Source: Tubulanus polymorphus
Lineage: Eukaryota; Animalia; Nemertea
Length of the DNA: 64,000 nucleotides
NCBI RefSeq assembly: GCF_964204645.1
Contig: NC_134034.1
Span: 6,174,914 to 6,238,913 of the forward strand
Direction of reading: 5' to 3'
Shown here: positions 26,001-38,387 of the stretch, one piece after another
Position numbering within the stretch: the first letter of the stretch is position 1
How the letters are laid out: every line of letters begins with the position of its first letter
The notes under the pieces: generated by a model
Told to the model about the DNA's origin: nothing
The model's input: only the letters and a program-made list of their open reading frames with translations
Databases searched by the model: none
Translations under genes and position numbers: made by a program

Positions 26001-29000
26001 CAGTGAAATTGGGGCTTTATCAGTTGTAGTCATCATTCGTACCCACGAATCTCGTATCGTATCCTATGAATGTGGAGACCCATCCTCGTAAAGAGAATGA
26101 ATAGGCTCTGTATCGTTCATAATCATTTGATATGAGGCTACGTGTCATCTTCAATTGAAATCACGTTGTTTTTTCAAGGGTGGGCGAGAATATATTCTTA
26201 TGTTTTTGTTTCTCTGAATGTTGCTATTTAAGAGTTCAATAATTTCAGTCTACCAAACAAAGGATTTTCCGTATGTTTCGTGACATGTTTTTCCATAACC
26301 CTAGGAGAGAATTTTAGGTATTTTTTGCGGATGACCGAAAGCTGCTGTCCCTTTCTAGTAATTTGATGATATCCGTCGAAATCTAAATTCTAAAAAGGAA
26401 TCAGGCATATCTTCTTGTTTGACTAAATATGAACTCAACAACAAGTGACACTCCCATCAAAGGCACCGAAGTAAAATCATGTGTCGAGTGGAGATGATAT
26501 TGTGTCAGAATTTCTTCAAAATCGGAGAAAATTGAATATTTTGAAAATAATCATTTTACATGTATGTTTAAATCCGTTATAACTGGAGCAATTTTCATGA
26601 AAAAATATCTATGGAATCATCGAAATGTAATTAAGAAGAATACTATGTTTAAAAAGTTATCAAAGACATTGGAAAAGAGTTTTCTGAATTCGTCAACTGT
26701 TAAACTAGTAACAACCAGATGTGTTCCCATTAAACCACCGACCGCGAGCCGAGTCGATGTGAGATGTGCCCTTCACTGAAAATCTCAAGTGCTATACAAC
26801 CGGTTTTTTAGGTGCCTCTGAATGTCGGCCGTTAAAAAACTGAACAATTCCCATTTGGAAAGGGCCTACGTAGTTAGAGAAAATTCAAGATGTGTATATC
26901 GTGTGATACAGGCTCCATATTTCATGTGCGTTTGGAATTTAACCTTGTTTATAACGAAACACGCATGTATTTATGCTATTTTAGATTTAAAAAGAGCGCA
27001 CGAAAATGTTTCATGAGACCCGCAAATAACGTCAAGTTATTCATGCATTTTTGATTTATATGAATACATTTCGCTTCGAAATCTTTAAATTTCTCAGGTG
27101 GATTATTCAATAAATTCACAACAGTCCATTATGGTTTAGTTTGACGCCAATCGTTCTTTTAAAGATCTTTCTTTCTCGAAGAAAGATTTTCTTAAAAACT
27201 TTGATTATGGCGAATCTTTTATGTGTCCGATAGTTAAACCTTCGGGTATTATACTAGAACACAAATTTTTAAAGATATTCATAACATACTGAAGGATATC
27301 ACAGTTTATACCCGAAGATATGCAGTTTGGATAGATCTTTTTGTTTCGACTCGCATGCGACAGTATAAACGGTACTTGATATAATAAGTGAACTTCATCA
27401 TTGATATTTTCACTAATCTACTTGAATTCCAAAAAAGAACTGACAATGAAAAAGGGTTACAGCTGTGACTGATATCACTCCAAATTTCAATTCCTATGAA
27501 CACTTTTCATATAAAGAAAACTATTAACGAAACAGTTTTTAGAGGCGAAGAATCCGCGTTACCATTGAATTTTCAAAACTTGAAGGAATGGTTAATGCCT
27601 CGGTGACCACTGGTCTAGGACGCGGTTTTCTGAAATGAAAGTGGCCAAGTCTAAAGAACGACTATTGTATCACATGATTTCAAATATTAGGAACCCAATG
27701 CGTTTAATGATTTAATTAATTGGTATCGCGCAGATTGGTTGAAAGACGTGTGTTAGTCACCTTGTGATTTAATTGTTTTTCATGCATCGATTAATTAATC
27801 TTATTATAACTTATTTGTAGGCGCTTCCCGCAAACATTTTCTATTCGTTGAGTTTTCAATCGCAGTACTGTTCAGATGATTCGAGTCAAGTAGTAAAAAA
27901 GTTTATGTATTAGCATTACTATGCAGTGAAAATAACGCACTGCGGTAAGTGAGGTGCTGTGATCCAGATGTGTAACCCATTTATGGGTAATAAATTTCCA
28001 TCATGTCAACGCCATTCAAAATCAGTAGCAAAACTTTCTGCTGGTTTCTAGAAATAGCAATATGACGACAAGCACTTTCGAATTCGACCACGATATTTGA
28101 GAAGTTTCACTTGGGCAGTGGTGGTCAGTGATGGTCAATTTATGAATTTTAATGGCGAATCCTTTCTAGTTTCACACCAAATGCGGTACCGGTATATCGT
28201 TCTTTCAAGAAGTTTCAATTGGTCAGTGGTGGTCAGTGATGGTCAATTTATAAATTTTCAATGGCGACTCCTTTCTAGTTTCACATCAAATGCGGTACCG
28301 GTATATCGTTCTTTCAAGAAGTTTCAATTGGTCATTGGTGGTCAGTGATGGTCAATTTATTAATTTTCAATGGCGAATCCTTTCTAGTTTGACACCATAA
28401 CGCGGTATATCGTTTTCATATTCGAGAAGTTTGAATTACAATTACAATTAGTTTATTGCTCCACAAAATTTACATTTGCACAGAGCACAAAAAACAGGTT
28501 CATACATTGTACACGTATCCATGCAGTTTACAGAATTCATACAAACACGGTTTAAATGAAAAGAAATACATGAATACTTATCAATCAACAATAGCTTAAG
28601 GCGGGCATTGAACAGTACATATTTAATATGAGTTAGAGAAACTTTGATCCTTGCTGTATAAAGCGAGACAGGTTACAGAGCTGTTTGCCTTTAGAATTTA
28701 ATAATTGTATCAGTTTGAAGGCACTTGGTCTTATTCGAGAAGTTTGAATTGGTCATTGGTGGTCAGTGATGGTCAGTGATGAATTTGCAATGATGATTCC
28801 TTAGTAGTTTGAAAACAAACATTACATGATGAATTTCCGAAATTCGAAGTCAAGTGTTCAGACTCGGGGATATCTCAATTGGTCAGTTACTGACCATCAT
28901 GGTGTCACCATTGTGGTCTATAGCTCAAATGAAACATGTGGAACCGACGAAGGGGCCCAAAAGCGTTAAGTCATTTCCTGGAGTGACGTGATCCAAAAAT

Positions 29001-29330
29001 GCCCTAACTGGAAAAGGCAGTCTCTCAATTGGATGAAACCAAATCGGACAGGACAATTAAAATTTGGGAAGGTCACAGGTAGTGGTCTTTCTACGAAGCC
29101 CACGCGGTGAGCGTATTATTATGAAATCTTTTTTTAAACCACCATGTACCACGAAGTAATAAGCATCGTTGTAAGCACTTGAAACAGCCATTAACCACTT
29201 GAAACTGTCAGATCAAACATCATACCGCATCCCCGCAAAGAGGGGTGGTTCAGCAAACCGGAGTTTTCATTGGCCTCTCTAGACTACCCCGCCAGTACGG
29301 GTAGCCGAGCAAACCGGAAAACTCATAATG
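23044..29330 (+). mobile_element. Large decayed TIR DNA transposon (possibly Sola-like)
   Basis: Imperfect TIRs CATTATGAGAATGCCGGTTTGCT / AGCAAACCGGAAAACTCATAATG. ACTGACCA motifs cluster at the left end and TGGTCAGT at the right. Broken coding traces inside. No TSD found. Confidence 0.5.
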
Positions 29331-31139
29331 AATCTTAAAATCTATCAGGTGGATTATTCAATAAATTCACAACAGTCCATTATGGATTAGTTTGACGCCA
29401 ATCGTTCTTTTAAAGATCTTTTTTTCTCGAAGAAAGATTTTCTTAAAAACTTTGATTATGGCGAATCTTTTATGTGTCCGATAGTTAAACCTTCGGGTAT
29501 TATACTAGAACACAAATTTTTAAAGATATTCATAACATACTGAAGGATATCACAGGTTATACCCGAACATATGCAGTTGGATAGATCTTTTTGTTTCGAC
29601 TCGCATGCGACAGTAAAAACGGTACTTGATATAATAAGTGAACTTCATCATTGATATTTTCACTAATCTACTTGAATTCCAAAAAAGAACTGACAATGAA
29701 AAAGGGTTACAGACTGATATCGCTCCAAATTTCAATTCCTATGAACACTTTTAAAATAAAGAAAACTATTAACGAAACAGTTTTTAGAGGCGAAGAATCC
29801 GCGTTACCATCGAATTTTCAAAACTTGAAGGAATGGTTAATGCCTCGGTGACCACTGGTCTAGTACGCGGTTTTCTGAAATGAAAGTGGCCAAGTCTAAA
29901 GAACAACTATTGTATCACATGATTTCAAATATTAGGAACCCAATGCGTTTGATGATTTAATTAATTGGTATCGCGCAGATTGGTTGAAAGACGGGTGTTA
30001 GTCACCTTGTGATTTAATTGTTTTTCATGCATCGATTAATTAATCTTATTATAACTTATTTGTAGGCGCATCCCGCAAACATTTTCTATTCGTTGAGTTT
30101 TCAAACGCAGTACTGTTCAGATGATTCGAGTCAAGTAGTAAAAAAGTTTATGTATTAGCATTACTATGCAGTGAAAATAAAGCACTGCGGCAAGTGAGGT
30201 GCTGTGATCCAGATGTGTAACCCATTTATGGGTAATAAATTTCCATCATGTCAACGCCATTCAAAAACAGTAGCAAAACTTTCTGCTGGTTTCTAGAAAT
30301 AGCAATACGACGACAAGCACTTTCGAATTCGACCACGATATTTGAGAAGTTTCACTGGTGGTCAGTGATGGTCAATTTATGAATTTTAATGGCGAATCCT
30401 TTCTAGTTTCACACCAAAAGCGGTACCGGTATATCGTTCTTTCAAGAAGTTTCAATTGGTCAGTGGTGGTCAGTGATGGTCAATTCATGAATTTTCAATG
30501 GCGAATCCTTTCTAGTTTGACACCATAACGCGGTATATCGTTTTCATATTCGAGAAGTTTGAATTGGTCATTGGTGGTCAGTGATGGTCAGTGATGAATT
30601 TGCAATGATGATTCCTTAGAGGTTTGAAAACAAACATTACATGATGAATTTCCGAAATTCGAAGTCAAGTGGTCAAACTCGGGGATATCTCAATTGGTCA
30701 GTTACTGACCATCATGGTGTCACCATTGTGGTCTATAGCTCAAATGAAACATGTGGAACCGACGAAGGGGCCCAAAAGCGTTAAGTCATTTCCTGGAGTG
30801 ACGTGATCCAAAAACGCCCTAACTGGAAAAGGCAGTCTCTCAATTGGATGAAACCAAATCGGACAGGACAATTAAAATTTGGGAAGGCCACAGGTAGTGG
30901 TCTTTCTACGAAGCCCACGCGGTGAGCGTATTATTATGAAATCTTTTTTTAAACCACCATGTACCACGAAGTAATAAGCATCGTTGTAAGCACTTGAAAC
31001 AGCCATTAACCACTTGAAACTGTCAGATCAAACATCATACCGCATCCCCGCAAAGAGGGGTGGTTCAGCAAACCGGAGTTTTCATTAGCTTCTCTAGACT
31101 ACCCCGCCAGTACGGGTAGCCGAGCAAACCGGAAAACTC
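27080..31139 (+). repeat. Recent tandem duplication (27080-29330 / 29331-31139) with internal ~109-bp tandem units
   Basis: Highly similar colinear copies at offset ~2251. Copy 1 has one extra 109-bp unit and a LINE insertion. Confidence 0.95.
28438..28731 (-). mobile_element. 5'-truncated RTE-X-like LINE with 19-bp TSD
   Basis: TATTCGAGAAGTTTGAATT at 28419 and 28732; absent from duplicate copy 2; C-terminal remnant RPSAFKLIQLLNS..LCNLSRFI; AATAAA plus short repeat tail. Confidence 0.85.
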
Positions 31140-32993
31140 CACTGAAGAAAACGGTTATGAAAATCTTGAAAGCGTCATAAGTCTTCGGTTTCCCATTAAA
31201 AACATTTCAATGTCCTGCTTACGATTTTTAATGGGAAACGAAGACTTATGAAGCCTAAAGACAAAATTGCGAGACACTTAAGTAAAAACTTGCAGGCGCG
31301 GATCCAGGATTTTTTCCAGGAGGGGGTGCATATTAAAAAATGTTAATGTTAGTCCAAAAAGATGCCTTGTTTCTCGTGATTTTGGAATCCCGCCCGCATC
31401 GAAAAAATCATCGGCAAATTAGCGATAAATATAAGTCCGCCCTCCCGCATCATAGCTCGAAAATAAATGTGTTTTTTTTAAATAAAAATTCAAATCCGCC
31501 CGCCCGCATTGATATAATAAACACATCGTCATCTTTTTATCTTTCCATTTCTCTATGAACGTGAATCGAGAAAAGTTGATCGTATAGATATCATCGGCAC
31601 CACTGGTGACTCGAACCCATATCAACGGAGTCGGTTACCGTAGGCCTATGTCAAATACCAAGGTCGCTGCGGTGCTATTTCCGGGTTTGATTTCTGGTGT
31701 TATTTTCATTTCGAAGCTATTTCTTATGGAAGCCCTGAGACGACACCTTAGGTTCATGAGAGTTCCCCAGTTCATAACTTCCAGATTTTATGATATTTCG
31801 AGTGTATTTGGGCATGTACAACACTATGAAATTACGCGACATAAAGAATCCTATTATAAGGATATTAAATCCGTTTACATCATGAATTAACTACAAAAAT
31901 GATGTCATGCATCAACCAAGACTGGTTGACTGTGTCCAATTCTGCACTGGCAGTCAACTGAAGTCGACCGGCAACCAGTCTATCATCAGCCATCTGCTTT
32001 CTTGATGGTTTATAGAAAATAAATAGATGTTTAAAATGTTCTAATAACGAGCGTTTGTTATCTTTTTCATCATTAAAACCCGAGCAGACACATCGAGAGT
32101 CACCACTTATTCGGAGTCACCCCCCTCACTAGCCCGCGCACAGAAAATCGGAGCACCCGAGCTACCTGCCAGAGGAGGAACGGAGGCGCCCTTCAACATG
32201 CCATTCGCTGGTTATTCAGTGTCTGAGCCTGAGACGTGGATCTTTGATAGAGCATCGTGTTTACATTCGACGTTTCGGTATCGCAGGCTTTTTGTCATTA
32301 GACGAACTCATGAACTTGAGAACTCAGGAAGTTATGAACTCGGAACTCATGAACTCAAGATATCGTCTCAGCCGCTTCCATAATTTCTCTTATTTTTCGT
32401 GCAAATGTGCTGCTAAGAATTTTAGAAAAATACCTCCCGCATCTGAAGAGAATATGTCATAGGGATATTAATGTTATAATAAAAATAAAAAGACACCTCC
32501 CGCGTCTCCAAAAAAATGCAAACAGTTCTTATTATTTCTACTTTTTTTTAAAAACCGCCCGCCTCGTCATGGTAAAAGGCAAAAGTGTGATGAGAAACAA
32601 GGCATATTTTTTGGCCTTAAGTTGCCGAAGGGCGGAGCACGTAACGAATATAAAGTGAGGCACAGGGGGGGAGCAAACAATTTTGAAAATACACGGCTGC
32701 GAGGTTCTTTGTTGGGGTACATCTGTCAACTGCATTATTGAAGAAGAAATGTGTGAACTAGCTTAATACATTTTCATAAAGAAAATGAAACGCACCAAGT
32801 GCGTGCTTGTCATACCCATCGTGACAATTAATGATATGCGGCATATTGTTTGGCCAAAAACAAGATGATATGGTGGTACGATAACCACACTCAAACGTGG
32901 TGAATAGATGATAAGATAAAAACCCACTATTTACAAATTAAAAGAAATCCAAAAATCGAGAATTTATTAATTGAAACAATCTAAAATATAAGA

Positions 32994-33035
32994 ACACGAC
33001 GTTTCGATCTCACACTAGAGATCATCGTCAGGTGT
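32994..33035 (-). ncRNA. Minimal type I hammerhead ribozyme (Penelope/retrozyme-type)
   Basis: ACAC-CUGACGA-U-GAUCUC[UAGUGU]GAGAUC-GAAA-CG-UC-GUGU: intact core, 6-bp stem II, GUC site, downstream AATAAA. Confidence 0.88.
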
Positions 33036-35016
33036 GAGATATGAACTAAAAACAGGGGTATATATACAGAGGATGGTATGGTACCGATGATGTGGTACGT
33101 ACTGTCCGCCCGCGCTGTCTTGAGTACATTCCTTCAAGAAAGCGATTAAAACTGTTTTTGGGTAGCTGAGCGGGGGGGGGGGGGGGTATGCAAAATCTGC
33201 GTTTTGAAATGTACCGTACTTAATTCAGGATAAATCCTAGTCAAAGACGATGGAAATCAACCGGACTTTTTTCCTCGACAACATCTTATACTCGAAGAGT
33301 AATACGATACTAAAAACTACACGTAAACACTTTTGGACTACTTCGGTCGGATTGTGAATACTTTTGGACTACTTAGAAAACGAGTAAAACATACCGGGCA
33401 CTTTGATGTCCCGTGAAGGCACATTCACTTCAATCCGCACTGAGGGGCAGTAAACTGGCCTTTTGTCGCTTGTTCATGACCTGGAAATTGTTACTCCCCA
33501 AAAGCACGATGTCCAAAAAAAAACACGAAGCCTCCCGCACTGAAATGCAACACGTTGTTTTTGTTGACCAATGGAAAATGACACTTCAAAATATGGATCG
33601 TGGTCGCATCGACCCACCGACGACGCGGCCTGCGATTCAGGGACATTAAAGAGAATAAGTGAAATATTGCGCTGCAGACTGGGCAGTTGAAATGCCCTGA
33701 AAGATAATGGCGATTGTATTGTCAAAAAGTCTGTCATGGATCTTCAGGTCGCCTCAAAGCGCGTGCAAGACAGCCACAATGTCAGGCAACAGTGTGAGAA
33801 AATAAAATGGGCACGAAAAAATTTGCTAAGCGACGACCGTTACAGATATCACCTGACCTTTATGCCGTGCTGTAGGTCTACCATGACTATGGAACTAGCC
33901 CCAGTAGGCCTACAGCAGGGTTTTAATTCTGATGGTTTTCGGTCAAAATATCCGCAACGTAGTAGGCCTATATTAAGCCCGCGCACATTTATATTTACGA
34001 TTATTTCGCACGGAAAAATTGCATGCAAAAATATGAAACATGTTGGATTTGATGTGATCGTCTTAGAGGTCACATTATACCTTTATCTGGTCAAGGAGGG
34101 ATCGTAGCCTTCAATGAATCGCAAAAAGGCGTACGGCGGGCTTTAGATGCAGGAAAAATGTCAGCATCGGAAAGGTATTGATGACTCTAAAGCTGGGGCA
34201 CACCTTAATGACCATCGTATATATCAGCACCCAAAGCACCTCCCTCCTGGATCCGCGCATGTGAAGTAAACCGGGCCGGGGGATAGAGATTGACCTGAAG
34301 TCGAGCAGACAAGCTCGAATCAGCTGTATCGAACAAAAAAGCTTTTTGTGATGCAGGTTCAAGACGGCTTAAATGTGATCAAGTAACGGAACGGAATGCC
34401 AGAGAGGAACGGAAAGGAACAGGGACCGTATCACAAATATCTTTTCAATGACTATATATAATTTAAAAAGTCTGTCACCGATACATCCATCTACTAAAAT
34501 GAAATGAATACGTGGTGAAACAATAATTTTGGAATATTCGCTACAAATACCTGCGCCTATCCCAAACTTCCGGGCGCAGTCAAAAGCTTTTTAAAATCAT
34601 TTCCATCACATTTAATTCAATTACGTTTAATAGTAATACGTACGATCGATCCATAAACTTAAAAACATGATGACATCAGATTTGTAGAGAAAAACCAAGA
34701 AAAACACCATGCCGTGTCAAATGTCACCAATGCCTAGAACCCCCAAAATCTTAGGCCTAATAATCTTCAATTGTTTGGTTACCGGTGTTTAAGACATCTT
34801 TCCGATAGTCCTCGCATTGAAACAATTAGCCTGTTTTGAAAAGACCTTGCTGGTTTGTTTTTTTGAACAAACCAATGATCAATCAACTGACACGGTACCA
34901 TACAACAATTTCATATAATATATTATAAATCAGCGAGACAGGTGGATTTGCAAATCCAAAGCGATTTGCTTAGACAAAAAAAACGCCGGTTCAGGTGGTA
35001 AAAATGGAAAATATAC

Positions 35017-35031
35017 GGGAGGTGGCGCTAG
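35017..35031 (+). promoter_or_regulatory. CTCF-like motif ~160 bp upstream of the MINDY4 ATG
   Basis: GGGAGGTGGCGCTAG matches the 3' part of the CTCF core. A similar AGCAGATGGCGCT lies at 22296-22308, upstream of DCAKD. Confidence 0.3.
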
Positions 35032-35188
35032 CGGACGGTCGAGCAATCGGCGTAGTTGTCAATCGCGTACATACCAACTGTAAATAAATGGAATCTCGAA
35101 TGTCATCGGCATCCAGGCCTGTATAGTGTAGTATCTTGAGGTCTTCCATCAGATTTCATACAACCAATCGTCAGCGGCGGACTCCTTC

Positions 35189-35254
35189 ATGTCAGAGAAA
35201 GACTATATAGAAAATTTAAGCGAGTCCATCGTCAGAGAGTACCTAAGCAGAAAG
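35189..35254 (+). CDS. MINDY4: MINDY4/FAM188B deubiquitinase, coding exon 1 (MSEKDYIENLSESIVREYLSRK)
   Basis: Matches the recalled MINDY4 N-terminus (S-L-V-R-E-F-L-S-R-K). AAG|GTACC donor, phase 0. Confidence 0.9.
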
Positions 35255-36654
35255 GTACCACCACACACAACACAGTCAGTCAGTGGTCAAGAGATTGAGA
35301 ATTGAGAAAAATTGTCTGTTGTTGTCTATACATCATGGCCTATTTTCACACCCAGTCCTGGCAGTGTGGATGTCTCCACACGATCACAGTGATCTACATT
35401 GCTCTACGATCCTACCTAGTATAGGCCTACGGATATATTAGTCAGTAACCTGTATGGTTTAGTTTCACGATCGGATATTTTCGCAAACCACAGTCAGTCA
35501 GGAATGGGAAGGTCATTTTTGTATGCAATCTTCGTCAGCCAATTTGACTGACGAGTAATTTTGCTGGCATATTCTAGTCTTTTGAGTTAGGCCTATCCGT
35601 CTCATTTTTGTTGTAATCAACGCACAACAGATTCGTAGTTTGTTTGATACCTCTAACACCTCTTACCTGACGATCTTAATCCATGCGCAAATCAGCCGTA
35701 AAGTGAGAGTAAATTTCCGTCAATTCAACGGCGACCATTTTGAAAACTTGTGGAGGGTGCTGGCACCTGTGGACTGAGGCCAGGACAACAGCACAAACTA
35801 ACGAAACGAAACAACGAAATTGAAAAAGAAAGAAATCAACACTAATTCACATTTTTCTTCATCCAGAATTTATTATTTCATTAGCTATCATGGAAAGCAC
35901 GAAGATTTGAAATATATGTTGGAAAACCATCAAAAATAAAAATTGTCGTTTCGTCTTGGAAGTTTTATATAAATCCTTGTAGGTCACCTTGGCTATCATG
36001 CCACATGTATGCAATACAGAGAAATGCGGCCAATGGCGGAATTTGTGGAGATCCAGGCCCAATTTGAAGGGGTAGCACTCATTCAAGAGGGCACCTGTCC
36101 GGATTTGTATTACAACGACGAGGCAAATTTTTGGCAAATTAAAGTGCCCTTTTTGACAATATAATACACCCTTTTTTGCAAAATAATGTGCCATTGTTGA
36201 CAATATAACATGCCCTTTTTGGCAATATAACGCGCCTTTTGGCAATTGATTCAATATAACGTGCCCTTTTTGGCAATTGATTCAAATTCAAATTCAGTAC
36301 ATAGGTCTGGACGTTGGAGTTTGCGGGCGCTGTAGCGGGCCGGATGGTATTTTTATGAGAATTTTTTTTAATTTTTGAAAAGGGCACTTGACAAATTTAA
36401 GTGGTCGCACGTGCTGCAGTGTGTGACCCCCTGTATTTGCCCTGGATGGGCCACAGAATTCCGGAAAATCAGAATTATTTTTCCAGAAATTTCAGGTAAC
36501 GGCATGGAGGGGGGGGGGGGTACTGCGGAATCCCGGAGAATCAGAATAGTATAGGCCTACGCGATTCTATGAGTTGAATATCACTAATGTATAGTGCGAT
36601 TCATATGATCGCAAAATAAAGCATGTGAGTCTAAGGAATTAGTGATTCTAACCA

Positions 36655-36890
36655 TCTGAACCCTAAACTTATAAACTATGGTACCGTACTCTAAAGCTTA
36701 ACCCCTCCCCCCAAAAAAACCTAACCCTCTAAATACTAAACCCTAACCCTCTAAACCCTAACCCTTTAAAACCTGAGCCTCTAAAACTAAACCCTAAACC
36801 TCTAAATTCTAACGCTCTAAACCCTGAATCCTCTAAACCCTAAGACCCCAAACCCTAACCCTCAAAACCTAAAAAAACTCCAACCCTGTT
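36655..36890. repeat. Degenerate CCCTAA/CCCTAAA/CTCTAAA tract
   Basis: Repeated AACCCTAA and CTCTAAA units, flanked by TTCCGGAA-rich blocks (36457-36500, 36955-37105). Confidence 0.8.
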
Positions 36891-37159
36891 AATTTCCGTG
36901 GTAACAGATCATAATCTGTGAAATATTCACTGTCCACGTTAGTTTTGGAATGAGATTTCCGGAAATTTCCAAAAAAATCTGGAATTTTTTTCCTGGAATT
37001 CCTAGTGAGATTTCTAGAATTTTCCGGAAAATTCTAGAATTATTTATTTAAATTGTAAGACCCCTCCTTAGATTTTTCCAGAAATTTCTAGATGATTCCG
37101 GAAATTGAGGAAATGTCAGAAACGGCACCATAATGCTGTAAAGCATCCATAAGTGCTAG

Positions 37160-37201
37160 ACGCCTGATGATGGCTTATAGTCTTTAGCCGAAATGTTGCG
37201 T
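37160..37201 (+). ncRNA. Minimal type I hammerhead ribozyme in MINDY4 intron 1
   Basis: ACGC-CUGAUGA-U-GGCU...AGCC-GAAA-UG-UU-GCGU. Confidence 0.72.
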
Positions 37202-37797
37202 AACTATATAGGGCCTAGGCCTACTCTTCTATTCAAGATTCTCATTTTGGCTGTATTTATTGTGGGATTTCTCGAGTTTTTTGTAAGTTCGATAAATTCG
37301 CCTTTAAAATCAATCCCCCCACTTCCCTCGAATTCTCTTAATCGCACACTAAGTGCGCAATATGCAGTCATGTAGATTAGGGTAAATTATCCATAATGGT
37401 GCGGTTATTATATAATATTGTGTTTTCCTCTCGACTAATCAAACTTACCTTATTGCGGGTAGGTCAGGCCTACTTGATGAGTACCGGTAGTCAATTCTGA
37501 GTAGCGTTTGGATAAATGAGTTAGGCCTAATGTCTATTTCAACTTGACTTGAGAGCACATTGGGTGGTCTAGCTTGCTTATTTTTGGTAGGCTTAGTACG
37601 TACCTGATAAAAGTCTTATTAGGACCAGAAAGGACCGGCAGTTGACCTTAAACATTGATTTTTAATCCAGTCTTCACTGTATTGAAGGATATCCAAAAAT
37701 TCTTCCTTGAAAGGGGTTCATGAGAGAAAAGAGACTCCATGACTTGAAAGTTTAACAATATGTCTCCATGCCTACCAACTGAAGTTTGGTATTTAGG

Positions 37798-38130
37798 CAG
37801 GCGCGGATCCAGACTGTGGCACCTGCTGCACGTGCGATAGTTGCAGTGTTACACTGCCCTCAAAAAATTTTGGTTTTGGGCAAAAAATAGAAGGGAATGC
37901 GATTAGTGAGCCATGAAAAAAAAATTGCCTTTCTGCACTAGGCCTAAACCAAAATTTGGATGAAAAAATAGATTCCCCAAAATTAAAAAGGCAATATGAG
38001 GCACTCTCCTTTGCTCAAAAGGGCACTAGGCCTATTTTAGAAAAGATATTATTGATACGTTAAAGTTTAATTGAAAAGGGCAAATTTTGCCACAATGTTT
38101 TAAAAAGGTACAAACAAATTGCATGTGAAG
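37798..38130 (-). mobile_element. Partial inverted copy of the 52058 MITE family
   Basis: Begins CAGGCGCGGATCCAGACT and aligns to the reverse complement of ~52230-52512. Right boundary approximate. Confidence 0.7.
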
Positions 38131-38387
38131 GATTGGCATGGGTCTCCGCAAATTTAATGGCATCATGATATATAAATAAAGAGCACATAAACTTTGAGCT
38201 AATCTAATAAAAAGGCAAGTTGAGATAAGTTTTCACTTGGAATCAGTGCCTTGTTGACATGTCTCTTGTATGTTGCTCAACTTAAGTGCTTGGAAAATGC
38301 TTTGAAATAACATGAAAAGAGTGCCACCACTCGCCTACATCTGCTTCACGACTACGTGGCTCGCTGGGGATGGATGCTCGCCCTTTG

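Noticed and set aside
22232-35188. Compact bidirectional promoter for DCAKD and MINDY4
   Set aside because: The start codons are ~13 kb apart with transposons in between, so a shared promoter cannot be supported without TSS data.
36655-36890. True telomere or chromosome fusion site
   Set aside because: The tract is short, highly degenerate, single-orientation and intronic.
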